DNA of 62,934 nucleotides, counting the filler, from Folioceros fuciformis (Eukaryota), in NCBI GenBank assembly GCA_049999805.1. It is 6 parts of 6 records of this genome, joined end to end, with 100 filler letters (N's around TTAATTAATTAA, not from the genome) between each part and the next. Parts side by side here need not be neighbours in the genome. Positions count along the whole stretch, not along the records: positions 17,609 to 47,842 come from JBNGIO010001338.1; 5 more parts are not named here. One strand, given 5' to 3'. Positions 24,600 to 36,511 of this stretch are shown here, piece by piece (the stretch's first letter is position 1; each line of letters starts with the position of its first letter). The notes beneath the pieces are model-generated. The model was given only the letters and a program-made list of their open reading frames with translations, did no database searches and was not told the DNA's origin. Made by a program: the position numbers and the translations under genes.

Positions 24600-27500
24600 T
24601 CAAGGCCGACCCTTACAACTACAACAACCACCGGCGAATCGATGCACACGGTACCCGTCCCCTTCAACGATGTCTCTCTGTTCAAGCCTTGACATGATCT
24701 CTGTGGAGTTGTGGCAGTCACTGCACATGCGTAGGTTCTTCGTTACAACCAGAGGAGTCCCACTCGGGGTGTTCAAGAGACCAAATGCCAGAGCTAGCTT
24801 CTCAGCATGCCCACAAAGAGCATCTTCCTTTTCCTTTTCAGACATAGGCTTCAACACCAACTTTGTGTGAGGTACATGGCCTCCTTCCTGCTTCATACGC
24901 GCATTCGTGCTCTCTACCTTCAGCGCAATATCTTCTCTCTTTTCCCCCACCACGAACCTGTGAACCTGCGTATTCACCTCGACGGTCGCCACTGCAGGTT
25001 TCTTGTTAGCTCCTGCTAGCCTTCTCTGTCTTTCAACCCTTTCTACATCGCTCCACCTACCTGCACCTGCGTAAGCCTTAGCCATGAGCACATAAGCAGA
25101 AGAATTTTGAGGGTCCAGCGTAACAATGCTGTCAAAGCACCACATCGCCCTCTTTACATCCCCGTGACTTTTGCAGGAATTCAAAAAAGATGTCAAGCCC
25201 ACAACATTACTTTGCCCTTCACAGGATAATAGCATCTCCTCTGCCTCGTCTAAATGGCCCGCCCGCCCAAGAAGATCAATCATGCAAATGTAGTGCTCAA
25301 TAGTAGGTTTGATGCCATGCCGTTCAGCCATGGAATCGAAGTGCTTGCGACCCTCGTGTACCAGTCCCTCATGACTGCATGCTACTAAAAGGCAAGTAAA
25401 AGTAGCATCACTAGGCTGAATTCCGGCAGCTAACATCTCCTCAAAACAAGCGAGTGCCTTGTGCCCTTCATCACAAGTGCCATACCCAGATATCAGAGCG
25501 GTCCATGTCACAACATTCTTGGTATTCATGCTGTCAAAAACGTGCCGTGCGTCTTCCAACTCACCACACTTCGCGTACATGTCTACCAGGGAGGTGCCCA
25601 CCACTACGTTATCCAGCAGTCCTCTTCCCACAATCTCAGCGTGCAGCAGCCTCCCCTTTTGTAAGGCGCCAGAGCTTGCACAGGCCTTCAGCAGGCAAGC
25701 AAAAGTAAAATCGTCAGCCAACACAAGGTCCGCCTCCTCCATTTGTGCATACACAACAAGAGCCTCTTGGCCGAGTCCTTGCTGTACATACCCAGCAATC
25801 AGGGCGGTCCAGGTCACCAGATTCTTTGTGGCCAAGCTGTCAAAAACTTGGCGTGCATCTTCCAGTTCACCACATTTTGCATACATGTCCACCAGGCAGG
25901 CGCCCACCACCAGATCATCCAGCAGTCCTCTTTCAACAATCTGCGAGTGCAGCTGCTTGCCCTGGTGCAAGGCACCAATGCTCGCGCAGGCCTTCAGAAG
26001 GCAAGCAAAAGTAGTAACTTCAGTCAAAATGAGGCCCGCCTCTTCCATTTGTCCATAAAGAACAAGCGCCTCTTGACCGAGTCCTTGCTGTGTATATCCA
26101 GCGATCAAGGCATTCCATGTCACCACGTTCTTCGTCTTCATGTTGTCAAACACCAGGCGTGCATCTTCCAGTTCACCACATTTAGCGTACATGTCCACCA
26201 GACACGTGCCCAGCACCACATTATCCAGCAGTCCCCTTTCAACAATCTGTGAGTGCAGCTGCCTGCCCTTCTGTAAAGCACTAATGCTTGCACTGGCCTT
26301 CAGAAGGCAAGTAAAAGTAACATGGTCAGCCGAAATCCGGCCCTCCTGTTTCATTCGTTCAAACATGTCTAGAGCCATTTGTCCGAGCCCGTGTTGTGCA
26401 TACCCAGCGATCAAGGCATTCCATGTCGCCACATCCTTTCTGGCCAAGCTTTCAAAAACCTGGCGTGCATCTTCCAGTTCACCACATTTTGCATACATGT
26501 CTACCAGGCAGGTGCCCACCACAATGTCACTCAGCAGTCCTCTTTCAACAATCTGTGAGTGCAGCTGTTTGCCCTTCTGCAAGGCACCAGTACTGGCACA
26601 AACGTTCAGAAGGCAAGCAAAAGTAACATGGTTAGCCAAAATCAGCCCCTCCAGCTCCATTTGCCCATACACAACTAGTGCCTCATGTCCAAACCCTTGC
26701 TCAGCATACCCAGACATCAAGGCATTCCATGTCACCACATCCTTTGAGACCATGCTGTCAAAAACCTTGCGTGCATCCTTCAGTTTACCACGTTTTGAAT
26801 ACCCAGCAATTAGGGTATTCCATGTGACCACGTCCTTCGTGTCCATGTTGTCAACCACGTGCCGCGCATCCTTCAGATCGCCACATTTTGCATACATGTC
26901 CACCAGACAGTTGGAAACAAACATGTTCGCGGAAAAGCCACTGTGCAACACATCACAGTGCACTTTTCTGCCAGATTCCAAGTCGGCGGCAAATGCACAA
27001 GCTTGTAGGGCAGCTACAAAGACGTGACCATTTGGCTTCACTCCTGATTTACGCATCTCATGGTACAGTTGTATAGCCTCATCAGGTTTCCCATGTTTAG
27101 CATATGCAAAGATGATGGAACCCCACGTGACAACATCTGGTTTGCCTACCTCGGTGAACACATCCATGGCCTCCTCTAGTCTACCTCCACATGCATACAT
27201 GCGCAAAATATGGTTCCCCAAGTACGCATTCGATGCGTACCCAAGTTCGACAGTAAGATCATGAACTCGTCTCCCCATAACCAAATCCTTCCTAGCTGTA
27301 CACAGATTCAGCACGGTGCCAAATAGAGACTGGGCGACCGCAGAGTCTGTCTGCACCAGAGATTCCAGGGCTCCAACGGCATCAGAAAGCTTCCCCTGCT
27401 GGCATAACGTTATCACTGTTGCAGCCGTAACGACGCCCATTTCCGAACCTGCACGGCTGCCAGATTCAGACTTATCCAGGGAGCTGAACTGAGAAGGGCT

Positions 27501-27908
27501 GGCACCAATACCCACCTGCGTATCTAGTGAAACGAGCTGCTCATCAACCCACTCTGGCTTTAGCCTGCTGTTCAACCACAGCACCTCGCCGGACCCCTTA
27601 CGCCGGAAGTCAGGCGAACGGGAGCTCTTCTTATCTCGTCTGTTGTCCCACCACATGGTAGGGTCCAGGAAAAATTGTTGCCACAATTGTTCTTGCTCTT
27701 GCCAGCGAGCATTGCTGGAAAGATCGTCCACACCCACACCTTTTCTCGGAAGAGGAAGTGCAGGGCTCCTCACACTGCTGCACCTGGAGGCTTCCTTTGC
27801 CAGGGATTGACTCCCTGCGATTAGGTGGGTAGGAGCTCCTCGAAAAATCACTGTACACGCACCAATTTGTTGGACACACAAGCTTTCCGGTTGCCATGCT
27901 GTGGCCAT
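24600..27908 (-). CDS. PLS-class PPR protein with E1-E2-DYW:KP domain ending in GRP (putative U-to-C RNA editing factor) and N-terminal PDF motif; intronless
   Basis: Repeated P-L-S triplets (VVTWNALIAGY / TFACLLKACA / LVDMYAKCGELEDA); PG-box variant KKPAVATVEV; HAEKLA in place of HSEKLA; CSDCH; C-terminus CSCKGRP. Confidence 0.95.
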   Translation of the reverse strand: MATAWQPESLCVQQIGACTVIFRGAPTHLIAGSQSLAKEASRCSSVRSPALPLPRKGVGVDDLSSNARWQEQEQLWQQFFLDPTMWWDNRRDKKSSRSPDFRRKGSGEVLWLNSRLKPEWVDEQLVSLDTQVGIGASPSQFSSLDKSESGSRAGSEMGVVTAATVITLCQQGKLSDAVGALESLVQTDSAVAQSLFGTVLNLCTARKDLVMGRRVHDLTVELGYASNAYLGNHILRMYACGGRLEEAMDVFTEVGKPDVVTWGSIIFAYAKHGKPDEAIQLYHEMRKSGVKPNGHVFVAALQACAFAADLESGRKVHCDVLHSGFSANMFVSNCLVDMYAKCGDLKDARHVVDNMDTKDVVTWNTLIAGYSKRGKLKDARKVFDSMVSKDVVTWNALMSGYAEQGFGHEALVVYGQMELEGLILANHVTFACLLNVCASTGALQKGKQLHSQIVERGLLSDIVVGTCLVDMYAKCGELEDARQVFESLARKDVATWNALIAGYAQHGLGQMALDMFERMKQEGRISADHVTFTCLLKASASISALQKGRQLHSQIVERGLLDNVVLGTCLVDMYAKCGELEDARLVFDNMKTKNVVTWNALIAGYTQQGLGQEALVLYGQMEEAGLILTEVTTFACLLKACASIGALHQGKQLHSQIVERGLLDDLVVGACLVDMYAKCGELEDARQVFDSLATKNLVTWTALIAGYVQQGLGQEALVVYAQMEEADLVLADDFTFACLLKACASSGALQKGRLLHAEIVGRGLLDNVVVGTSLVDMYAKCGELEDARHVFDSMNTKNVVTWTALISGYGTCDEGHKALACFEEMLAAGIQPSDATFTCLLVACSHEGLVHEGRKHFDSMAERHGIKPTIEHYICMIDLLGRAGHLDEAEEMLLSCEGQSNVVGLTSFLNSCKSHGDVKRAMWCFDSIVTLDPQNSSAYVLMAKAYAGAGRWSDVERVERQRRLAGANKKPAVATVEVNTQVHRFVVGEKREDIALKVESTNARMKQEGGHVPHTKLVLKPMSEKEKEDALCGHAEKLALAFGLLNTPSGTPLVVTKNLRMCSDCHNSTEIMSRLEQRDIVEGDGYRVHRFAGGCCSCKGRP

Positions 27909-28441
27909 CACTCAGAGACAGCTGGTGGGAAGAAGATCTAACGACAGGCTATGGTAGAACGCCCCAGCACTGTGCTGGACTGGCTCCAATGGGCAGCCTT
28001 CCAAACAACGCAGCCCGCCAACACACGTCGTTCGTGGCAAAACAAACATCCACTCTCATGTAGTACATGCCATTTTTTTAATTATTTGCTGGAAACAGTG
28101 TACCAAGCATTTGTCCTATTTGTAGGAGAACTTTTGATCGCAAACGAACGTTTCCCACAGTGGAAGAGTAGTTTGGTGTGCCAGGCCCCTTGCCATGCCC
28201 AGGCATGGGAGTTCTGACATGAACAATAACAGTTCGGTGTGTTCGACCACCTTACTTTGGATGCTACGCTGTACGCTCATCACCCCGCTTCATTCCTGGC
28301 CGCTTCCAGGACTCATTGCCGGGGCCCGCTCCAGCTCTCCCTCCTCGGCCCCGTCTGGAGTCAATTCTATACCGTAAGCCGCGACAAAATTGGCATCCTA
28401 ATTGTACTCAAATAAAATTCAGCTACGTCAACAACCATAGC

Positions 28442-29461
28442 CTAGTCTACAATCCCATTGACCGCTTCTACATCTACGTCACCCATTCCTGCATCCTCCT
28501 CCTCTTCGCTGTCAAGGTCGCCATCAACCTCACGATTGGCGTCTCCAAGCTTCTGCAACGTCTCTGCCAGTAGTCTGTCATCTCTCTCACTAACAGCCCT
28601 TGGAGCCTCCTTCACGGTAAGTTTTCCGAGGTGCTTCTCAATTTCCTTGGTGCAACATTTCACAGCTGTATTGAGCACCTCTAAGCCAAGATCCTTATCA
28701 AGAGTCTGAGTTGTAAGGACATACAAGGGTGGAGCAACGAGCTTGATCTTGACGGGACACTCCGGTGTTCCAGCTCTCTCGGCAGCTCTCATGGCCTCCT
28801 TGATATGCAGCACACCGTCATACTGGAAGCACTTGAGCTCAATATCCGCCCGGATCTTCAAGGGCTGAGGAGTCATCCTCCGCCTAATATTCTTAATCAA
28901 AGCTTCCTTCACCTCCTCTGTCATGGCAGGCTCGGTTCTAGTCACCGTCTGTCCGTCTGCACCGACTTCTGTGACTTCCCTCGTCAGGCCATTCAGCACA
29001 GAGTCAGGATCAGCCACAATCTGCCTAAAAGCCTCAAAGGCATGTCCATAGCGCCTGTAGAGCGGCCAGGCCACATGGATGTACAGATCCTCCAAATCAA
29101 CCTCCATTGTTTCTGCAACGTGTCTCATGATAGAATGCACCAACTTGCTCTTGTTAAAGCGGTCGTCACAGACAGTGATGTCCTCTTCCGACACCCTTCG
29201 CTTGCTGAGATCAATATAGCCTTTGTCCTTGTCCACCCTAAGTACCATCACCGGCTCCTGGCGGCCAACCTTGATGAGGCTGCTGATACTTCTGATCCGG
29301 CGCCGTGACAACTCCGACAGTAAAATCATCCCTTCTATGTTGTTGTACTCCAGAAGAGCAACATAAGCCCCCATCTCCGCAATATTCTTCACCTGCACCA
29401 TCACCACATCGTCCACCTCAGGAAACCGCGCCTCGTACATGCGGCAATCCGTGATCGTCAT
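28442..29461 (-). CDS. EIF2S1: Eukaryotic translation initiation factor 2 alpha; CDS intronless, probable 5'UTR intron ~29499-29569
   Basis: CRMYEARFPEVDDVVMVQV S1 domain; phosphorylation loop LLSELSRRRIRSI; KGYIDLSKRRV. Confidence 0.96.
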   Translation of the reverse strand: MTITDCRMYEARFPEVDDVVMVQVKNIAEMGAYVALLEYNNIEGMILLSELSRRRIRSISSLIKVGRQEPVMVLRVDKDKGYIDLSKRRVSEEDITVCDDRFNKSKLVHSIMRHVAETMEVDLEDLYIHVAWPLYRRYGHAFEAFRQIVADPDSVLNGLTREVTEVGADGQTVTRTEPAMTEEVKEALIKNIRRRMTPQPLKIRADIELKCFQYDGVLHIKEAMRAAERAGTPECPVKIKLVAPPLYVLTTQTLDKDLGLEVLNTAVKCCTKEIEKHLGKLTVKEAPRAVSERDDRLLAETLQKLGDANREVDGDLDSEEEEDAGMGDVDVEAVNGIVD

Positions 29462-30232
29462 GGTTGCTACTCCGTCCGACCGGAGCGAAGCGAGACTGCT
29501 ACATACAGACAAACCTAGCAGAGTGAAAAAATTCTCCCCGTTGTACACTCGGAAGTTTTTCAGCCTCACGTAAACTTCGTATTAACGTAGGCGTTGGTTT
29601 GAAGTTCCGGGCTCGGCCGTCTGGCCGGGGAGATACACACGTCCTACAAGAGTCGCAACTGCCGAAGTTCCCGCCATTTCTCTCGCACGCTAATCGCCTG
29701 CAAGCCTGGCGCCCATGGTTTGGAGCGTCCAGGCGTTGTGGGTGTGAATGGACATTGCTTGGCGACGTGCATGATATGCAAGGATGCTGGATGATGAGCG
29801 AGAGGCGAAGGCGAGTAAGACATGCAGGGACCAAGTGAAACTTTTCAGTGCATGAGCACGACAGGTTTGCTGTCATCGAGGGAAGCTCAGATCAGATTGC
29901 GTCGAAGCGGGAAGCAAAGCTCGGCTTATTCTCTCCGGAGCCATGCCTGCGGGAGCTTGATGAGGACGAAGCGCGGTACAAAAGATGCGATTCAGCTCCC
30001 CAGCTGGTCCAGTACCTAGCATGAACCGGTCCGGTCCGATGTGAGATAGCTGGAGGGGCGTTCAGGGCGGGGGTGGCGAGGATCTCTGGAGGGCTGGCTG
30101 GGACATGAGATTGAAACGAAAGAAGAGCTAAAGCCTCTTCTTTTCGTACTCTGCCTCCCCTGTTTGCGTGTTGGATATACTTCCCGTGCATTGCACGTTT
30201 CTGGGACAGGCTGGATCTGTCTCTGGAGGAGA

Positions 30233-33200
30233 ATGACTTCGAGACAGGCAGGGCAGGATGGTGCTGATGGGAAGCTCTTTGCTGGAGTGCGGTTTGTGCT
30301 TGCGGGCTTTGATGAGCCCTCCGAGCTAGAGGTATGAGGGGTGTTGTCACGGCGCCGTGGGCCTGGACGCTGTAGAATTGGACGAAGTAAAGTATGTTCC
30401 TGACGATGTTGGCACGTGCGCAGTTTCTCACCGAGCTCGAACGAAATGGGGGCCAGAATATGGGGCGGTATTCTGCCGGTTGCACGCATGTTATCGTTTG
30501 TGACCTCACTCTCGTAAGCGTCTTGAAGAGCTTGTGTGTTTCTTGTGTGTCCTGGATGCTACCTTGTTATGGGCTTTGTGTCTTTGAGCGTCCCGACTTT
30601 CCTGTTCGTTGAAGGGCGGAAGCGTTGTATGCACAGGATGAGCCAATCTGTGCAGCAGCGCTGAAGGACGGAAAAGAGCTCGTCACAGAGTACTGGGTCG
30701 CAGACTGCCTACAATTCGGCACACTGATGGACACTGACACTGTAATCCACTTCTCAGAAAGGACTTTGTGTGGTCTCTTTTGTTTCTTAGAATTGTTACA
30801 GGGTGTGTTTTCCGAGACAGGTGAGTTGAACTCAAAGGTTTGGAGCTTACCCTCGGCAACGTGGCATGTAGGTTTTATACAGACCTCTGAAGGATTTAAA
30901 TGGTATCCCGGGAAGTGAAAAGCTGGTTCTGTGCCTCACTGGTTATCAGGGCCAGATGCGAACTGACATCATGGTAACAGGTCCTTGGCACCTCCGCGGT
31001 TCGTTTTCTCACAGCCAAGAGGGGAGCAGAAGCTCAGGACAAGTGAGACGCTCGAGGCCCTAACAATATGTCACTTCTGTTGACAGAGAATGGTTGACAT
31101 GATGGGGGCTAGATTCACGAAGCCACTTCTGGCGGCTGAAGTTACTCATTTGATATGCTACAAGTTTGAGGGTGAGTATATGACGAACACGCTGCTTAGT
31201 CTTGGCGATGCTTTCATAGCTGTCAGAAGTCGTCTTGATGGCTCTCGTTTTGGGATATGGTGTTCCCCTGTGTATGAGCAGCTTCTTTTCTTTTGGCTGC
31301 TCAGGTGAGAAATTTCAGCTTGCAAACCGGCTGAACATAGAGTTAGTGAATCACCGGTGGCTTGAGGATTGGTACATTTTCTGCATTTTCCCTTGAATGT
31401 TTTTGAACCAGTTACTAAATAGTTCTCCTTGAAATTGTGGCTAATAAGGATTTCCTGATCTGTTGATCACTGCCGTCGTATCTGGAATCTTTTTTATGCT
31501 AACTTGTGGGTGACCATCTTGTGACTGTTCCACACACTTCAGCTTGCTGGCATGGAAGGTGCTTCCTGAGACTGGCTACCGGAAAAGGTGCGAATTCATT
31601 GTTCATGTGGTCTACAGCAGAACAATGTTGCTTTCTGTGTTGGCGGGTATAACAAGAGAAGCAAATGCTTTGTCACAGTGGTTTCGAGTTGGAGTTTGGA
31701 AGTGTAGTTGCAAATGATTCTGAGGAAAATGGCACGCCAGAGAGCACTTGTAGGACAGATTCAAAGACTCCTCGTTGTGGGCCTGGTTCCAATGATGCCA
31801 CCTCTACCACTCCCAAAAATTCAGACAAACAAGGCACCAGGGATAAGACACCTCGAAGTTGCCCTTCAACTAAATCCAGGAGAATGGTAAGTCCTGGGTC
31901 CAGAATTCAGATGCTGCAGTCGAGTAGGAAAGGAAAGCAGTTGAACTTTCAATCCTCTCATTCGCCAATGAGAGGGCTATCTGTTGCTGAGCATCAAACT
32001 AAATCTACAGTACACAGCATTCCCATGCTGCCTAGCTCCAGTAAGGGGCAGGCTCTGGTCTCTGGGATAGAGACTGGAGAGAATTGCAGTTTGCGTCATG
32101 ATGGGACCAGGGCGCCCCAGAGGCACGGACTTCAGGTCTGTGAACAAGCTTCTGGAGCCACAGATGGGGGTGAGGAACTGAGGGGTGGGGAAGCTGGCCT
32201 TGCCATGAATGGAAGAAGCAAGACTGACGGAGCCGAGGAAGTGCTCCTGCAGGTGAATGAGAGAAGGGTTACCACTTTTAATGCACAATCTCGGCCAGCC
32301 GCATCTACAGCAATCAAAATGGATGAAGCAGATTGCGAGAATGGAGCAGCAGATCAGCAACCAGATTGCGGGATATCAAGCAATCGTGATGCAATGGGGA
32401 AAGAAATTGTAATTCACCACATTCAGGACCTGAAGGAAGGAAATGGGGACAGGTGCTCCAGAGAGGCTGGGAACGATATCTTTCAAGCAGCTGCCAAGAG
32501 CCCAGAGACTCACAACTATGAAATGGGTTGTGATTCTGACCAGCAGGGGAGTAGAACGGTGCAGACTGCAACATCCACCAAGCACAATCCAATCGCAACA
32601 GTTGCTGCAAGTGACCTGCTTGAGGTCAATGCAGGAGCGGACCCCACAAGTGCGGACAAAAGTGATGTGCTCAAGGCTGAACTAAGAACTTGCAGAGCAC
32701 AAGCGTTAGAAAAAACAAGCAAGGAGTCTGGACATTTCGATGAGCAGTGTGCAAAGTCTTCAGCTGATGGCCTCATACACTCAGAGAGCAATACACAAAT
32801 GATTGAGGAGACGGCATTAGCTGTTCTCAAGAGTTTTGGCAAGTCCGGTCTCTGCAAGACGGGTGATTCACCAGACGACATGGAAATTTTGCAGGAGTCA
32901 AGACAGCTCAATCAGATAATCGCTTCTACCAGTATGCTCAGTGCTGGAAAGAGGAAGCTAAGTGACGCATCTCTGCCAGTATCAAATGCGGAAGATCTCA
33001 GTCAGGATCTACTTGTGGCTCAGGAAACAAAAAACGCTGTCAGACGAGATCTGACATCAGAACTGCAGGCTGATTTGGAAGGTGATGAAAATACTCCATC
33101 CCCCTGGAGAATCAAAAAAGCAAAACTGGACCCTGTTTTTGTCAGCCCTGTTGCTGGGGTTCTAGAGGCAGACAGTACCCTAGATTCAGGTACACGGCAG

Positions 33201-35987
33201 AAATCTTCTGCAAAACCTAAGTATGCTGGACTGATAAGAAAGCTTCTGGGGTCGGACTGTGTAAAGCAGCCCACTGACTTTTATGATGTGGGGACGGAGT
33301 TCTGTGCTGACTTTGGGCAGGCAGGTACAACACCAGAAACAAACAGGGCTCGTAGTTTATCAGCATCTGGGGTGCAGTCAGTTAACGAGGACGAAGTGCT
33401 GCAGGAGGCCCTTTTGGGCCAAGGACATGCAAAGGAACCTCCTATTCCAGGGAAGACTGGGCTGCAGTCTGCTTCGAAGAAAAAAGCAGATCAAGTAACA
33501 GTCGCAGTCACACCTCTGAAACGCCCTTTTGGCTCTCTAGCTAATACTCAATCAAACAGCAGGGCTTCACCTTCGGGAACAACAAAGACTCCCAAACTTG
33601 TGGGAGTGCTGAAGCCACGTGATACGCAGACTGTGAAACGGCCTGTTTTGCAGAGAAATGCACATGGTGACCCTGAAACAAAGGCTGGTAGTTTAGAGTT
33701 GCCAAAATTTCCACAACTCCTGGCTGATGTACGACGTGATGTTGAGGACAAGAGTACCCATCAGGGCAAAGTGGGAGTTCTTGTACGAGAGGATTCACAG
33801 AAGAGCTCTGGTCCAAATGAGTGGACATGCCTTTTTGCTGGAAATCCACCATCGAGCCCACTGGTCAAAGGTGCAGGCATAACTGCTGCAAGTGATCTGG
33901 ACACCAGCAAAATCAAGGAATGGGGGCCGGAGATGAAAGTGCCTACAGGTGGCCTGGATTCCTCAATGCCTGAAGAAAGGTTGCCTTCATCTGGTGACAG
34001 ACTCAAAGCTCAAGTGCAGACCACCGTAACCCCAAAAGTCCGGGCAAGGCTAACGAAGCGGAAAGCAACAAGGGGGCCAACGGAGGTTGAAGCTGTGCGG
34101 CTTGGTTCAGAATCACCTACGCCTGCTGCAGTCTGTGAAACAGGCAGGAGCCGGAGAGAGCTATGCATGCACAAGGAACTATTGAACGATGTTTCTGAGG
34201 CTGTTATTGAAGATGGTCAACGTGAAGAAGGGTTGCTCTCATCTGTGGACAGACTTGGTCAAGCTCAAATTGAAACTACCGTAATTCCAAAAGTTAAGGT
34301 AAGGCAGAAGAAGCAGAAGGCAACGACACGGGTGCCCAAGGAGGTTGAGGTTGTACCTCTTGGTGTAGAAGCACCTATGCCTGCTGCAATCTGTGAGACA
34401 GGCAGGAGCTCAAGGCAGCCTTGCATGAACAAGGTTTCAGTGAAAGGTATACCTGACGCTGTTATTGAAGATGATCACTCTGAACAAAGGTTGCAGTCAT
34501 CTTTTGACAGACTTTATGAAGCACAAATTGAAAATACTTTGACTCCGAAAGTCAAGGTAAGGCAAAAAAAGCAGAAGACAGTGATGAAGGAGGTTGAGGC
34601 TGTGCAGCTTGGTTTGGAAGCACCTGCCCCTGCTGAAGTTTGTGAGACGGGCAGAAGCTCGAGGCAGGCACGATGCATCATTAAGGAAGCAGTGAGAGAT
34701 GTAGCAGAGGCTGAGATTGAAGATGAATGTGGAGTACCGGCTTCGGAGGACAAAGTTGCAGAACCCAAGTGTTTGAAAAAGGATACGAAAAGGTGGTTTG
34801 CACTGGCAGGAAGGACTAAAGAAAAAGACAGATTCAGAAGTATCCTTAAGAAGATTGGTGGAAAGCTAGTCAAAGATGGTCACAAATGGAATGACCAATC
34901 TACTCATGTGATACTTCCTGCCCCACTGCGTCGGACAGAGAAGTTCTTTGCGGGAGCAGCAGCAGGCAGGTCAGAGCAAGGAGATTTTACCTGCTGTTGG
35001 AGTTATCCACATGCTTTGTCCTGCCAATAGTAGACTTAGCATGTGTTGTGCTGTCCATCAGGTGGTTGCTGAAAGCAGATTACTTGGAGGCAAGCATGGG
35101 AGCAAAGATGTTTGTCGAAGAACTGGATTATGAGTGGCATGGTGCTGGCTACAATGTGGAAGGTAACATTGGCCTTGATGCGCCTAGGAAATGGCGTAGG
35201 CACAGGGAGGAGACTGGTTGTGGTGCCTTTCACAGTTTGCGAATAGTTGTATACGGAGAATGCACTGCTCCTACTGTGGTATGTCCAAAAATCTCACCAT
35301 TGAATCAAGTTGTGTTGACTGTTTTTTGCTTTCCTGAGCTATTTTTCCTTGGCATTGACATTCCTGTGGGAAATGCTTCAGGATACTTTGAGACGTGTCA
35401 TCAAAGCAGGGGGAGGCAGGTTGCTTGCCACTGCTCCACCATACGGGCCTGATTTATCTGGTGTAGATTTCGCCCTTCTCAACCGTACCATATCTGCAGA
35501 AGACAAATGGGTAAAGGCATTTGTAGATTCTGGAATTGCTTGTGTGACAGTCGACTACCTCATAGACTACGTGTGCAAGCCATCAGCATCACTTGAAACG
35601 CATATTCTGCATGGGACAAGCAAAGCTGTTGCAGATGCTCGAAAGCTCCTTGAAAGCAACATTGCAGCTGCTGCTAAAAGATTCCAGGCAGGTCAAGTTT
35701 CAGGATCAGGAACTTGTGAGCAGGAACCGGAACCGAAACAGCCTCCCTCGGAAGTACACAAAGGTGAGGAAATCAGTGTAGAAAGTGACGACATTTTCTG
35801 CTCGGTTTGCAAGAAAGGAGATAGAGAGGAGGTGATGATGCTCTGTGGAGATGATAAAGGACGAGGATGTGGGCTGGCTATGCATATCTATTGCTGTAAA
35901 CCTCCATTGTCGGAGGTTCCAGAAGAGGACTGGTTTTGTAACAAGTGTTCGAAGCTTCCCCGGAAACCTAGGCGTGTAAATAAATAG
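30233..35987 (+). CDS. BRCT-domain protein At4g02110/BCP1-like: N-terminal tandem BRCT, long disordered exon, C-terminal tandem BRCT and PHD finger
   Basis: LFAGVRFVLAGF...CTHVIV; CLTGYQGQMRTDIM; VTHLICYKFEG; VNHRWLED; STHVILPAPLRRTEKFFAGAAAGRWLLKADYL; PHD CSVCKKGDREEVMMLCGDDKGRGCGLAMHIYCCKPPL...WFCNKC. Confidence 0.88.
33970..34727 (+). repeat. Three diverged ~255-bp (~85 aa) coding repeats in the BRCT protein
   Basis: Each unit reads roughly EERLxSSxDRLxxAQIETTxxPKVKVRQKKQK...EVEAVxLGxEAPxPAxVCETGRSSRQ...AVIED. Confidence 0.85.
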
Positions 35988-36511
35988 TACATTGCCTGCC
36001 GACGGTTTTATGCATTCTTGTAGACATGTAGTAGGAACAGAAGTTGCTGTCTGTGGACTTCAAACTATTATAATTGATTAAACATACTGCACGAGTACTA
36101 CTCTGTTTTCCATGCCGTCATTGTTTTTCGGTTGGTCGTTTGTTCTTATCGCAGCAGTGGGTACGGATGCGTAGGAATGGCTGCAAATTATAATAGAATT
36201 GAATTTTCAGCACGTGGTCAGGAATCGGTTCTACTTTTGCATTGTCCTTTTCGGTTATTCCCACCAGGATGTCGAAATAAGCTGGACGGGTTTTGTCTCA
36301 CATGGGACGGAAAACGTACCAGTGAGCACACTATCCGATAAGCTGGGAAATCACAGTACCATGTAATATATTTTGGAAAATTGGTCCTTCCCACATTCCA
36401 CTCATCCTGAGGCGCGGAGCTATGCTACAGGCAGGCCTTGAAAAACCAGAACGCAGCAGTCTACGGATGAAGGAGCTCCGATGGTGCAGGATCTCAGTCC
36501 AATAATATCAG

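Noticed and set aside
25454-27076. Long + strand ORFs opposite the PPR gene (also 2766-3845, 12002-12743, 37953-39167)
   Set aside because: Antisense shadows of GC-rich or repetitive coding sequence with no independent protein features.
29462-29569. N-terminal extension of eIF2alpha in the ORF track
   Set aside because: Begins at a GTGAG donor and contains a TGTAG acceptor; better explained as a 5'UTR intron.
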